DNA from: Podarcis erhardii
Taxonomy: Eukaryota
Length of the DNA: 64,000 nt
Direction: 5' to 3' (one strand)
Assembly (NCBI GenBank): GCA_964252035.1
Contig: OZ176216.1
The translations under genes and the position numbers were made by a program. Below are positions 1 through 9,910 of this stretch, in pieces. Position 1 is the stretch's first letter; each line of letters begins with the position of its first letter. The notes under the pieces are model-generated. The model was given only the letters and a program-made list of their open reading frames with translations, had not been told where the DNA came from and made no database searches.

Positions 1-268
1 CTCATTGCCAAGAGTCAGGCACTAAGGCCTCAACTCCTTGCCCTTCAAAGGAGAAGTGATGGCTGCCACGTTCTTAGGCACCTCTCATTCAACAGAAACG
101 TGGCCAGTAATCCAAAGGGCAAGGGCTCAGCAGAGGCCGGCTGGCCAAAGGGCTGACTCTATTTTCAGCTGGACTAAGTAAGTCGGCCTCCTCAGGTGTA
201 AATGGCAGCCCCTCCCTCGCTGGGAGAGCAGAGGAGCCCCCCCCCCCATCACCACTGCCTGCTCTTAC

Positions 269-374
269 CGCAATTCCCTCAGCCTCGTATTCCTCCTGCT
301 CCGATTTCAGCGTGAGCTCGATGAAGAGCTGCTGCAACTTCTCATTGCAGTAATTGATGCAAAACTGCTCAAAG
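269..374 (-). CDS. MYO1C: MYO1C exon 12 ([35 protein letters not shown])
   Basis: CAG acceptor, GTAAGA donor, 106 nt, myosin relay-helix sequence. Confidence 0.96.
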
Positions 375-704
375 CTGCAAAGGAGGGAAGGCAGAAAAGA
401 GCGCTTGGCCCCAGCAGAGACTCTGACCCCCTCCCCCTCCAAGCAACCACTTTCACTGAAGGGGGGGGGCACAGTCATGGGTGGCAGAGCGAGACCCACC
501 TCCCTGCTGGTGCTGGGTCTTCTCACGGCCATGCTGGCCTGCAGCAACCAGGGGTGCCGAGTTTCAGTGGCACAGCACAAGGTCAGAGACAAAGCCTGGT
601 GGAGAGCAGCCTGAGGCCAGCCCTGTGCCAGGCAGCCCCTTGCCCCTTGGAAGACAGGCAGCCCCTCCTCTTCCTCCTCCTGGGCAGGAGTCAGGAAAAC
701 CCAC

Positions 705-790
705 CTGTTGTGCTGGAAAACCTCGAAGCCGTAGATGTCGAGCAGCCCCAGGACAGAGGCGCTGCTTCTCCAGCCCAGGCACTCCGTCTC
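705..790 (-). CDS. MYO1C: MYO1C exon 11 ([29 protein letters not shown])
   Basis: Switch II DIYGFE; CAG...GTGGGT; 86 nt, phase 0-2. Confidence 0.95.
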
Positions 791-1014
791 CTGCCAAAAG
801 ACACAGGGGAGTGAGAGCCCCCCTGGGAACGGCACCCTCCCCTTGCCCCCTGCCCTGCCTGCCTGGAAAACGGGGACTTTGCTCCTGTCCCAGCAAAGCC
901 ACCCTTGCAGAAGGAGGCCTGCTCCTTGTGGGCCCCTTTTCCGAAGCAAGGCCTCCTCCACGGAGGGTGCCGCCCAGAACCCAGCGGCCGTCATGGGGAG
1001 AACAGGCTGCTGAC

Positions 1015-1134
1015 CTTGTAGGCGAGGGACTTGTTGATCTTGCCCACGAGCCACGAGAAGGTGCGCCCGTAGATGGCCTTGGCGAGGGCGTCCCGTGCGT
1101 AAGCCGCCTGCTCCAGGTTGAGGGGGCTGACCAG
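1015..1134 (-). CDS. MYO1C: MYO1C exon 10 ([40 protein letters not shown])
   Basis: DALAK motif; 120 nt; CAG...GTCAGC. Confidence 0.96.
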
Positions 1135-1315
1135 CTGCAAGGAAGGAGCTGCCGTCAGCCTCTCTCCAGCCAGCGGACTCGGGAGGGAGGGCAAGCAGGT
1201 ACCCAAACCACCTCCCATGGATATGGCCACAGGGACCATCACCAGGAAACACCCCTGGGTGGGCCTGGCCGCCTCCCCCCACCCTCCGCGGCAGTCAGCT
1301 GGCCAACCCTCTTAC

Positions 1316-1387
1316 CTCTTCCCCCTTGGCGATGATCTTCTTGTGGGTCAGAGCCTCTCGAAGCAAAGTCCCCTCAACCCCCAGGAG
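1316..1387 (-). CDS. MYO1C: MYO1C exon 9 (LLGVEGTLLREALTHKKIIAKGEE)
   Basis: 72 nt; CAG...GTAAGA; matches myosin-Ic. Confidence 0.95.
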
Positions 1388-2033
1388 CTGCAAGGCAGAA
1401 AAAGGAGAGCCACGGCTGAAGAGCCACAGCCAGAGCAGCCTCTGCCCACGGCAGAGGAAAAGGCTCCTTCTCAGCCCTGAGAGGAGCAGGAAGGCAGAGA
1501 CCCAAACTGGGGGAGGAGTGATGGGTGCAGTGCAGCCGGGAGAGAAGAGAAGGCGCCACCTGCCCCACCTCTGCTTAGCATCAGAGAAAGGGTGTCATTA
1601 TTTCTCCTCACTTTAGAAGAGAATGGAAGTCTAGGGGACGGTTTGGCCTCTTCTCTTCCAGCAGCTGTGACTAATCCTCACCCCCAAAATATACTGAAGG
1701 CCTTATTCACACTTTTCAAGTACTCCAAAGTCATTTCCTCTAGCATTCCGTCTTCTGACTCCAGGAGCTGCAGGAATAAAACTGTGGCCTGCCTTCGTAT
1801 TCACTGGACGTGGATTCCCCTAATGTTACTTGGCCATCTCTCAGATTCATTCCTTTCTTTGATTCCTTCTAGAATATAACCCTTTCTCTAGACTTTATGA
1901 CACACACGTCCCCCCTAAAAAACAGCCTCCAAGTGATGCAGCTCAGGCCCATTTCCGAAGGTACCTGGGGGGCCTTTCGCTCCTCTCCACACCCCCCGCC
2001 CACTGCCCCCTCCCTGCCAGCTCTGCTACTCAC

Positions 2034-2147
2034 CCTGGCCAGGTACTTGATCTGGTTCTCTGTGGTCACTTGTGCGCTGCCCTCTTCGTCGGCAGCAAAC
2101 TGCACGTTGCCCAAGTGCAAGACACTGGCCACAATGCTCAGGAGGTC
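2034..2147 (-). CDS. MYO1C: MYO1C exon 8 ([38 protein letters not shown])
   Basis: 114 nt; CAG...GTGAGT. Confidence 0.96.
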
Positions 2148-2286
2148 CTGGGAAGGGAAGGGAAGAGGGGAGGGCCAGGGAGGGTCACTAGCAGAAGAAC
2201 ACCACAGAAGGGGGCCTAGGACCAGCCCCCTCCCTCCCAAACACAGGGAGGCAGCAGCAGCCGCAGGAGCAAAAGGGGCCCCTTAC

Positions 2287-2385
2287 CTCCACTTCGTTGT
2301 CGCTGAAGTTAATGACGGACAGGGCCCTGCGCACGCCCTTCCAGTCGCTCTTGTCGTTGATGGAGCTGACTTTTGCACACTGGCC
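2287..2385 (-). CDS. MYO1C: MYO1C exon 7 ([33 protein letters not shown])
   Basis: 99 nt; CAG...GTAAGG. Confidence 0.96.
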
Positions 2386-2569
2386 CTGGCAAGAGAGATG
2401 GGGAACGTGGGGAGGAGACCCTCAGCAGCAGAGAGGGGGGATGCATTGGCTGCCCCCAAAATGGACAGGCAGCAGGCAGGCAGGCGGTCCTCAGCTACCG
2501 CTCAGCCCCGCTGCAGGCCCCAGAAAAGCTTCTGCTGGGGTGTGGGTGGGTGTGGGTGCAGCGCTTTAC

Positions 2570-2749
2570 CTTCACCAGGTACTGGTACTGGTGGGGGCTC
2601 TTCTCCAGGCCCAGCCTCCGCAACAGGTCCTCCTCGCCCCCTTCCAGCAGCTGGTAGAAGATGTGGAAGTTCCTCTCGCCGTGGTTCTGGTGCACCACCC
2701 GTGACTTCTCAAGGAGGTAGTTCAGGATGTGGCCCCCAATGGGAGCCCC
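2570..2749 (-). CDS. MYO1C: MYO1C exon 6 ([60 protein letters not shown])
   Basis: LLEKSRVV and ERNFHIFY myosin motifs; 180 nt; TAG...GTAAAG. Confidence 0.97.
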
Positions 2750-3282
2750 CTAAGGCAAAGAAGGCAGCAGCTGTGGCTGGCGAGGGCAGAAAGGGAGCCA
2801 GCTGCTAAGGACCCCTTTGCAGAGGGGCAGAGGGAGTCCGCAGCCAAGCAAGAAGGCTGCTGCCAGAGCTCTCAGGGTTTCCCCACCAAGCACCGGCAGA
2901 CCGTCCACCAGGGGTCAGCCCTGCATGCAGAGCCGCCTTGGAGCGCCCTGCACTGGAGCTCTGTCCTCCTCCTCATCTCAGTAACCGGAGCCCACCCCTT
3001 CCGGGCCGGTCTTTCCTCTCCAAAGAGCTCAGAAGAGCTCACGTGCATTTTCCACAGGGGACATGATGAAAAGCTTTGGGGGCTGGGGGAAACCTGGCTC
3101 CACATGAGGACAGAGAGAGGGGCTCCCCCTACTCCACAACTCAGAAGATGGGGGTTTTCAGTGGCCCAGTGTGCGCATTGCAATGCAGAAGGGTCCAGTT
3201 TCAGCCCCCGACGTCACCAGGTGAGGCGGGGAGAGCAGGACGGACCAGGAGGCTAACCCGGTTTGCCCTCCTACGGACTCAC

Positions 3283-3363
3283 CTTATAATCGAACTGGAC
3301 ATCCATGTATTTCCCAAATCGGCTGGAGTTGTCGTTGCGAAGGGTCTTGGCATTTCCAAACGC
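3283..3363 (-). CDS. MYO1C: MYO1C exon 5 ([27 protein letters not shown])
   Basis: Switch I; 81 nt; CAG...GTGAGT. Confidence 0.97.
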
Positions 3364-3744
3364 CTGTAGAGGAAGAAGAGGACAACAACTGATCTCCAGA
3401 CGTGGGGAAAGGACTCTGGCTCAGGCCCAGCCCCTCGGACTGCAGGCCTTGCCTGGCTTGGCTTTCTAGCCTGGTCCCCAGCTGGCCTCGACTTGGACTC
3501 AAGTGCTGACCACTGCAGGGCCTCTCCTGCCTCCACACAGGCATCCTGGGCCAGGGGCTGGCATATGGGCTCCCTTGGTTGTTGGCACCCAGCAGCGCAA
3601 ACCAGGCCACAAAGATGGGGCAGGTCCACTGGGGAGGAGCGGCTGTGCTGTGCTGTGTCCACCTCTCTTCCAGGCCCAAAAGCCACAGAGGAGAAGGAGC
3701 AGCCGTAGCCCCGGCACCTTCTGAACTGGGCCTCATGCTCTTAC

Positions 3745-3943
3745 CTCCAGGACTGGGTTGGACTGCAGGAGCCGGTCCTTGATGGTCTCCACCTGCTCGC
3801 TGGCTGGGCAGGTGACAGCGTAGTACTGCAGCACCTTCTTGGTGGCTTCCGTCTTGCCAGCCCCGCTTTCCCCCGAGATGAGGATGCACTGGTCCTTCCT
3901 CTCCGTGCGCAGAGAGCGGTAGGCATTGTCTGCAATGGCGTAG
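3745..3943 (-). CDS. MYO1C: MYO1C exon 4 ([66 protein letters not shown])
   Basis: P-loop GESGAGKT; 199 nt; CAG...GTAAGA. Confidence 0.97.
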
Positions 3944-4379
3944 CTGAGGAGGAGGAGAGGAGCAAAGGGCCACAGTCGTCACCACCCGGCCAGCGCCACC
4001 ATCCGGCGCTCCCGGGGCCTGCAGGGGGTGGGGGAAGGAGGCCTGCCAAGGGGGCACCTGTGCCAGAGTTTTGCTTCTACGTCTTCTCTCTTCACCTGCC
4101 TGTGCCTTAAAGAGCTTCTGCTGAGGCTCTTTCTCCAGGCACCTCCCTCCTTTATTTCCAAAATATCTACCGTAAACCCAGTATGCATTGCCATTAAAAC
4201 AAAATGTAAAACGAGTGTTAAAACAGGGACTGAGACTGATATCGGGTCGGATCCCATCTGGCCAGGGAAAGGCTGTAGCAGCATCTGATTCCCGTGATGC
4301 GGCCGCAAGGGGCTGCTTGGCTGTGGTGCCCCAGCTGGGGAAGGACGGCCCCAAAGAGCCTTGCCCAGGACCCACAGGG

Positions 4380-4545
4380 CAAATGTTTGGGCACTCAGGG
4401 AGGCACTTTCCACTGCTAGAAATCCTCATCGATGTTTCAAGGATTTTGTCTGCTGGGTCATAATTGAGAATTTGTATCTTTTTGCTGTATGCTGCCCTGG
4501 GTGGTATATGGAGAGCAAACTATTTTAATAAATAAATAAATAAAT
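4380..4545 (+). mobile_element. Degenerate LINE (L2-like) 3' end with (AAAT)n tail
   Basis: T-rich stretch, then tgtatgctgccctggg and an (AAAT)n tail; resembles the other L2 tails in the window. Confidence 0.4.
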
Positions 4546-5182
4546 TTGATGGGGTTTGGGAGAGACTAAATCCCGATTTTAGCATTCTTTCCACTCCCTC
4601 CCTTCTTTGCTTTCCCTCATCTCAAGGAGGCTGAAGCTCAAGAGCCTTGCAGACCCAACAAGTGGGAAGTTGGGAGGCAGCCTGCCCATCTAAAAGACAG
4701 CGCCCCCCCCCCCCCGCCCACTCAGCATTTCCATTGGGCCAAATCCCAGGGAACATGGGTAGGGGGGCAGAATGTGACCTGGGATATCCCCTCCTCCCCT
4801 CTCTTCCTCCCTCCCATCTCCCAAAGCAAAGGCACTCCCTAGATTTTGTACACACACACCCTGCAAGCCGTGTGGCCGGGTGTTTCGCACACGCAGGACT
4901 CTTTTGTCTTACGAACCCTCCAAAATTGTGCTCAGAATCAGCACTCCGTTCTCTAAATGAGGAGTGTTCACCCAGCTATGCAAACAAAGATACTGGTCTC
5001 TTAGCAACGTGGGAAATGTTGGGCAGAGGGAGCAGGAAAAATCCCACCCTCTGCCCTCTCGCGCACACACACACACACACAGATTTTCCTATCCTTTGGG
5101 TGTGGCTGGCGCCCTGCGGCTCCAGAGGCCCAGGGCAAGCAAGAGGGGGAGGGGGGCTGGCTTGACCCCTGGCGTTACCCAC

Positions 5183-5298
5183 AGGTGAGGAGAGACCTCG
5201 TAGAAGCTGACGCCCCGGTAGCGCTCCATGTGTTGCTTGGTGTAGATCTCCAGGTCCTTGTAGGGATTGACGGAGACCAGGACGGAGCCGATGTACGT
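5183..5298 (-). CDS. MYO1C: MYO1C exon 3 ([39 protein letters not shown])
   Basis: 116 nt; CAG...GTGGGT. Confidence 0.96.
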
Positions 5299-5747
5299 CT
5301 GCAGAGCAAGGGAGGGAGGGGAGGTCAGGAGGCACAGGGAGGGGGAGAGAGCAGCCTCTGGGACACCTGGCAATCCCTCATAGTGACACTCTTCTTCTTT
5401 GCCTTGAAATCTTCCTCCAAGAAATGTTTCCTGCATCCCTCAAACAACTTTGCTTTCAGCTTAGGAGGGGAGGCTTTCTCAGGGGATAATTACTGGATGT
5501 CATGAGAAACTGGGGGTGGGGGCAGAATGGTTTGCCTCCCTCAATGTTTGCCTGTGGGGCTGAAGGCAGCTGCACCTCAGTCTGCCCTCCTGGACCCTCT
5601 GCTCCAGAACATGCAGTGGGACCACCCTGCTGGGGCCCAGCACCCAAACAGAGGGGCTCTGTGGGGCCATGGCTCCCGTCAGGTAGAGCCCCACAGGGAA
5701 AGAGGAGGCTGCTGGATGAAGGGGGCTGCCCCACCCGCTCCACTCAC

Positions 5748-5906
5748 GTAGATGAGGTTCTCCTTGAACCGCTTGCGCAGATTCTCGATGAAAGCTGCTT
5801 CGCTGGTGAAGTTCTCCAGCAGGACAAAGTCCTGGACTCCCACGCGGTCGCGAGCCGTCAGGGCGCTCTCCATGGCTGCTAGCCGGACCCCGTCACTGCC
5901 GACAGG
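5748..5906 (-). CDS. MYO1C: MYO1C exon 2 ([53 protein letters not shown]); isoform C ATG at 5873
   Basis: 159 nt, phase 0 acceptor ttgcag, donor GTGAGT; near-identical to the mammalian MYO1C N-terminus. Confidence 0.97.
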
Positions 5907-7134
5907 CTGCAAGGAGCAACAAGAGGGGAGGTTGAGCCAGGCGGCCAGAGGTGGACAGGGAGGGAAGCCTCGTCCTGCCTGGGCTGGCTGTCAAGGAAGG
6001 GCCAAAGGACGGAGGCCAGAGCGAGGGCTGGTGGGGCTCAGGGAGAGGCATGTCCACAACAAGGAGGGGACGGAAGTCCACACGCCCCACTCCAGCCCAG
6101 CCAACGCCCCTCAGCTGGTTCACTACCAAAGTTTTAACATCTCCTAGAGTAAATGAGTCCAGGTCTCAGAAGCCACAAACAGCAATGCAAATCAGGATCC
6201 TTCCCAGGAAGGCTGCAAGGCAGAAGGGAGCGGCTTTCCCCAACCCCAACACACACACACTCCACTGGCATCCCGTCCAGGCCTCCAGGTCCTGCCCTCG
6301 GCCAGCAACACCCTGCACATGCCATGGGCGCTCACCAAATGGTGGGCCAGGTGGAAGCCCATGGGGATGAGAGACCTCTTCTGCTGGATCTGGGCCAACA
6401 AGCCCTCGACGTTCATGGCTGGCACAAGAGGGAACACAGCGTCCCACGTCCTTCGCTTGCTGGGAGTGGAGTGGAGTGAGCCTGCCGGCCTCTCCCCAGC
6501 ACTGCGCAGAGCCCCCCCCCCCATGGAGGAAACTTTCCATGCCAACAGGAACATTTCCTCCCCTAGCAAATCCCCAGGAGGCGAGAGGGAGAAAGGAGGC
6601 GCACCTGCGCTCCTCAAGCGCCCTCTTAACCTCTCCCTGCCACTTCCCTGCTCAGGCCCCGCAGGGAGCCTTTGGGGGTTGGCTACTGGGAGGGGCTCTT
6701 CCAAGGGGGGAAGACCTGGAGTTTGGGGGGGCAGAGTGGGGAGAGAAAGGCGGATGCCTCAGAGACAGCTGAGCATCTCTCTCTCTCTCTCTCTCTCCCC
6801 CCCCCCATGCCTGCAGGGGCTCCTGGCACTAGCCAGTCCCATCCCACCGGCCAAGAACTCCAGCCCCCTCAGCACCAGCAGCAAAGGGAGCCCCGAGGTC
6901 TTCCTCCAAACATTGGCTGGCCAAGGAGGGGCAAGCAGCAGCAAGAGGTCACATCCAAGCCGGACACAGAGACCTCTGAGTGAAGGACACCTCCCCGCCC
7001 CGGTCTCCCCAGGTGCCACAGGTACAGTTGGGGGACAAAGTGGTGGCTCTGTGGGGGAGGAGAGCAGTGTGATATATAACCTAGGTGCCAAATGGCACCT
7101 TGAATCTGGGTTACGGTCACCACAACGGAGCGCC

Positions 7135-7207
7135 TGCTCGCCAGGGGGTTGGACTAGATGACCCCCAGGATCCCTCCCAGCGCTACATTTCTACGATCCT
7201 ATGATCT
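7135..7207 (+). mobile_element. CR1-type 3' tail fragment (SINE or LINE end)
   Basis: gggggttggactagatgaccccc...ctacgatcctatgatc matches the CR1 tails at 38.9-39.0 kb and 41.4-41.5 kb. Confidence 0.6.
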
Positions 7208-7960
7208 CAACTGCACTGCCTGATTGTACTTGCTCTTACAACACTTCACTAATCCCAGCATGCAAGGAGGAGAAACACACACACAGGGGAAACTATGGAT
7301 TTTTAAACTGTGTTTGCCAGCCTGGCGCCCAAAAATCTCCACACAATCACCATTGGACCTGCGTCAGTAGCAAAACGCACCTGGGGAATTTTGGACACTG
7401 GAGGAGAGGGCAGTGGGGGAGGAGGGAGGGGACTCACCACAAACCAAGGGAGACAAAGCCACAGTGATGCCAACCCCAGGGGAAGGAGGGGGAGAAGGGG
7501 AGAAGCAGGACCCTCATGGGACCCTCACCCCCACATAAATCCTGAAGGCTCATCCCTGGCAGGCAGCCCCCTTGGCCAGCCAGATCAGCTGATGGGCCTG
7601 TCTGGGACGAGCCAGCAATGCTCTGCACTGGCTGGCTGCCTTCCCTGGGATGAGGAGGTGGAGGCAAAGGCCCCAGGGCTGGCTGGGAGTGGGCAGCCTC
7701 CCCTTCCTCCAGGACACGTGGCTGGCATGGCTGGCCCACCTGCAGCTTGTCTGCAGATGGGACTGAACCTGCCCGTGGTCCTGAGGGTCCTGAGCCTCTG
7801 TCCACCGGAGGGAAGTGCTAGATACGGGAAGCGGAAGGCAGGCAGGGTGGGTTTTTGACTGCCTGGTGATGCAGGCAGTCAAATTCTGGTGCAATTCTGG
7901 TGCTAAACATGATGCAGACATGTTCACCGTTTACGTCTCTCTCTCTCCCTCTCCCTCTCC

Positions 7961-7992
<32 letters not shown>

Positions 7993-9733
7993 TTTTGTGC
8001 CAGGATCTTACATGCCTTTCTTGCATCTTGGATTGGGTAAAAGCAAATAAACGTAACGTTTAAAAATAGTACCGTTAGGCGTCTTTCTGCAAACAAGTGT
8101 AAATTCTGCAGTATTTATTCAAACAAGAATTATAAACATTCCCATCATCGGAGGCAGAGCTGTGAGGCCCAAAGGGCACCCAAAGGCACATTGTTTTGTT
8201 GGGGTGGGGTGGAAAGATATGGGGAAGGAAGGAAGGAAGGAAGGAAGGCGGGCCTTTTGGACACACACACACCAGGTTTCCCTTTCCAAAGTAGAAGGAA
8301 CTTGGGGATATAGAGAAGAAGTTCAGGCTGCTGCAGCCTCAGGAATTTCCTTCCCTGCTTCTGCTGGACCACAAGCAGTGATGCCGGGCAGAGGAGAGCT
8401 TGCCTGCTTCCCAACAGCGACCCCCTTCCACACCCCATAGAAAGGGGTCCTGCTTTCCACCAACCCCAGGGGCAATTTCCTCCAGAGGCAGAATTGACAA
8501 CAGAGATGGAGGAGGCTGAGCCTCTCCCCATACTCCAGAAGACCCTCACCCCCTTCAGAGGATAGGCTGGCTAGCTCCGCTGCTCCAGTCAAACCATTCG
8601 CTGGCCTTTTGAAATCTCTACAGGGTCCCTCCCTCACCCAGACAGATGCAGGCACCCCCTCCTCAGCTGCCAGGAGTTTCATGGGGCATGGCAATGGCAC
8701 CATTGTCCCAGGGGGTCCCTGCCCTGGCTGGCAAAGAGGCCCCACGTCACTCTTGCCTGGCTGGGGCAGCCTAGCATCCAGGCCAGGTGTCAAGAGGACA
8801 GGTGGGCAGCCAGAGAGCCCTTCCAAGGTGCCTGGGCCACCCTGCTCCCTCCCTCCCTGCTTGTTGCTCTGGCCGCCCACTAGGCAAAGCTCCCCTTCCG
8901 ACTGCAAGACTGAGCATGTCTCAGGAGTCAACTTCCTCCTGGTGCGCAAGCCCAGGCCGAGAGCAAAGAGGAAAGGCAGCAGAAGCAAGGTTTCTCCAGG
9001 CCAGCTTCCCCATTGACTCGCAAGCGCTTCTGCTTCCAACTTCCCTTGTCTTGCTGCCCTGCCCCTTGGGCTGGGACTTAGGAGGGGGGCTGTGGGTCCC
9101 CTGCCTGGCTCAGCCCCCCCAAAGGCACCTGAAGGTAAGAGGCCCCAGTGCGCCCAGAGGGTCCTCCTCCAACACCCTTCGGAAGGCTTTTTCGACTGTT
9201 TAATGGATTCACAATACTCCCCCCCCCCCACTTGCAACACACACAGAGTAAGGAGACAGGGCAACCCAGAACCGTCCCGGGGGCTGCAGCTGAACAAATG
9301 GCTCAGCCCTGTTTGTAAGGGCAGGGCTAGCTTCCACCGAGGTAGGCTGTGTCTGGGGAGACTCAGGGGCCGGGCGGCCCTGACTTGGCTCCTGTGATAA
9401 GGGAAGCTGAAGGAGGAACATTGCCTGAGGCAGAGTCCATGGCCCAGGATAGAGGGGGGGGTCACCTGAGGATGATGAAGGCTCCCCCTCCACACCAGTT
9501 CACCCAGGAGGGGCCCTTGAGGCACATCAGGCCTAGCTTTCCTGGGTCACTGCAGGACTGGGGGGGGGGACGACACCAGAGCCTCACTGCTTGTGGGGTC
9601 CCCTCCCCATGTCCTGATCTGGCCAAGAAATAGGCTCCCTCCCCACACCAGATCCAGGAGCCCCACAGAGAAAACCTCCTGAGCTTTGTGGCCACATTGA
9701 CACCCCCCCCACTCCTCCCAAGTCCAGGCCTGC

Positions 9734-9816
9734 GCCTGCAGGACAGGGCCACAGGGAGGGGCATCAGCTGTAGGCCTGCAGGATAGGGCCACAGGGAGGG
9801 GCATCAGCTGTAGGCC
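9734..9816. repeat. 40-bp tandem duplication (2 copies, 1 mismatch)
   Basis: gcctgcagga(c/t)agggccacagggaggggcatcagctgtag at 9734-9773 and 9774-9813. Confidence 0.9.
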
Positions 9817-9892
9817 GGGATCAACCCCCAGGAGACCCACAGAGGAATTTCCTGCCCCTCCTCACCCTCTCCCCACCGCAGAAGAGCCTTAC

Positions 9893-9910
9893 CACAGCCC
9901 TGAACTTCAT
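9893..9910 (-). CDS. MYO1C: MYO1C isoform B (nuclear myosin I) first-exon coding part, MKFRAV
   Basis: gcagccATG AAG TTC AGG GCT GTG|GTAAGG; 6 codons, phase 0; corresponds to mammalian MRYRAS. Confidence 0.8.

Noticed and set aside
785-793. Tandem CAG GAG acceptor at MYO1C exon 11 as the cause of its extra codon
   Set aside because: The extra residue aligns after WRS, not at the acceptor, and GAG acceptors are rarely used
7434-7520. Strong donor GTG|GTGAGT as a further MYO1C first exon
   Set aside because: The only upstream ATG frame reaches it in phase 2, while exon 2 needs phase 0. A non-coding use cannot be assessed.
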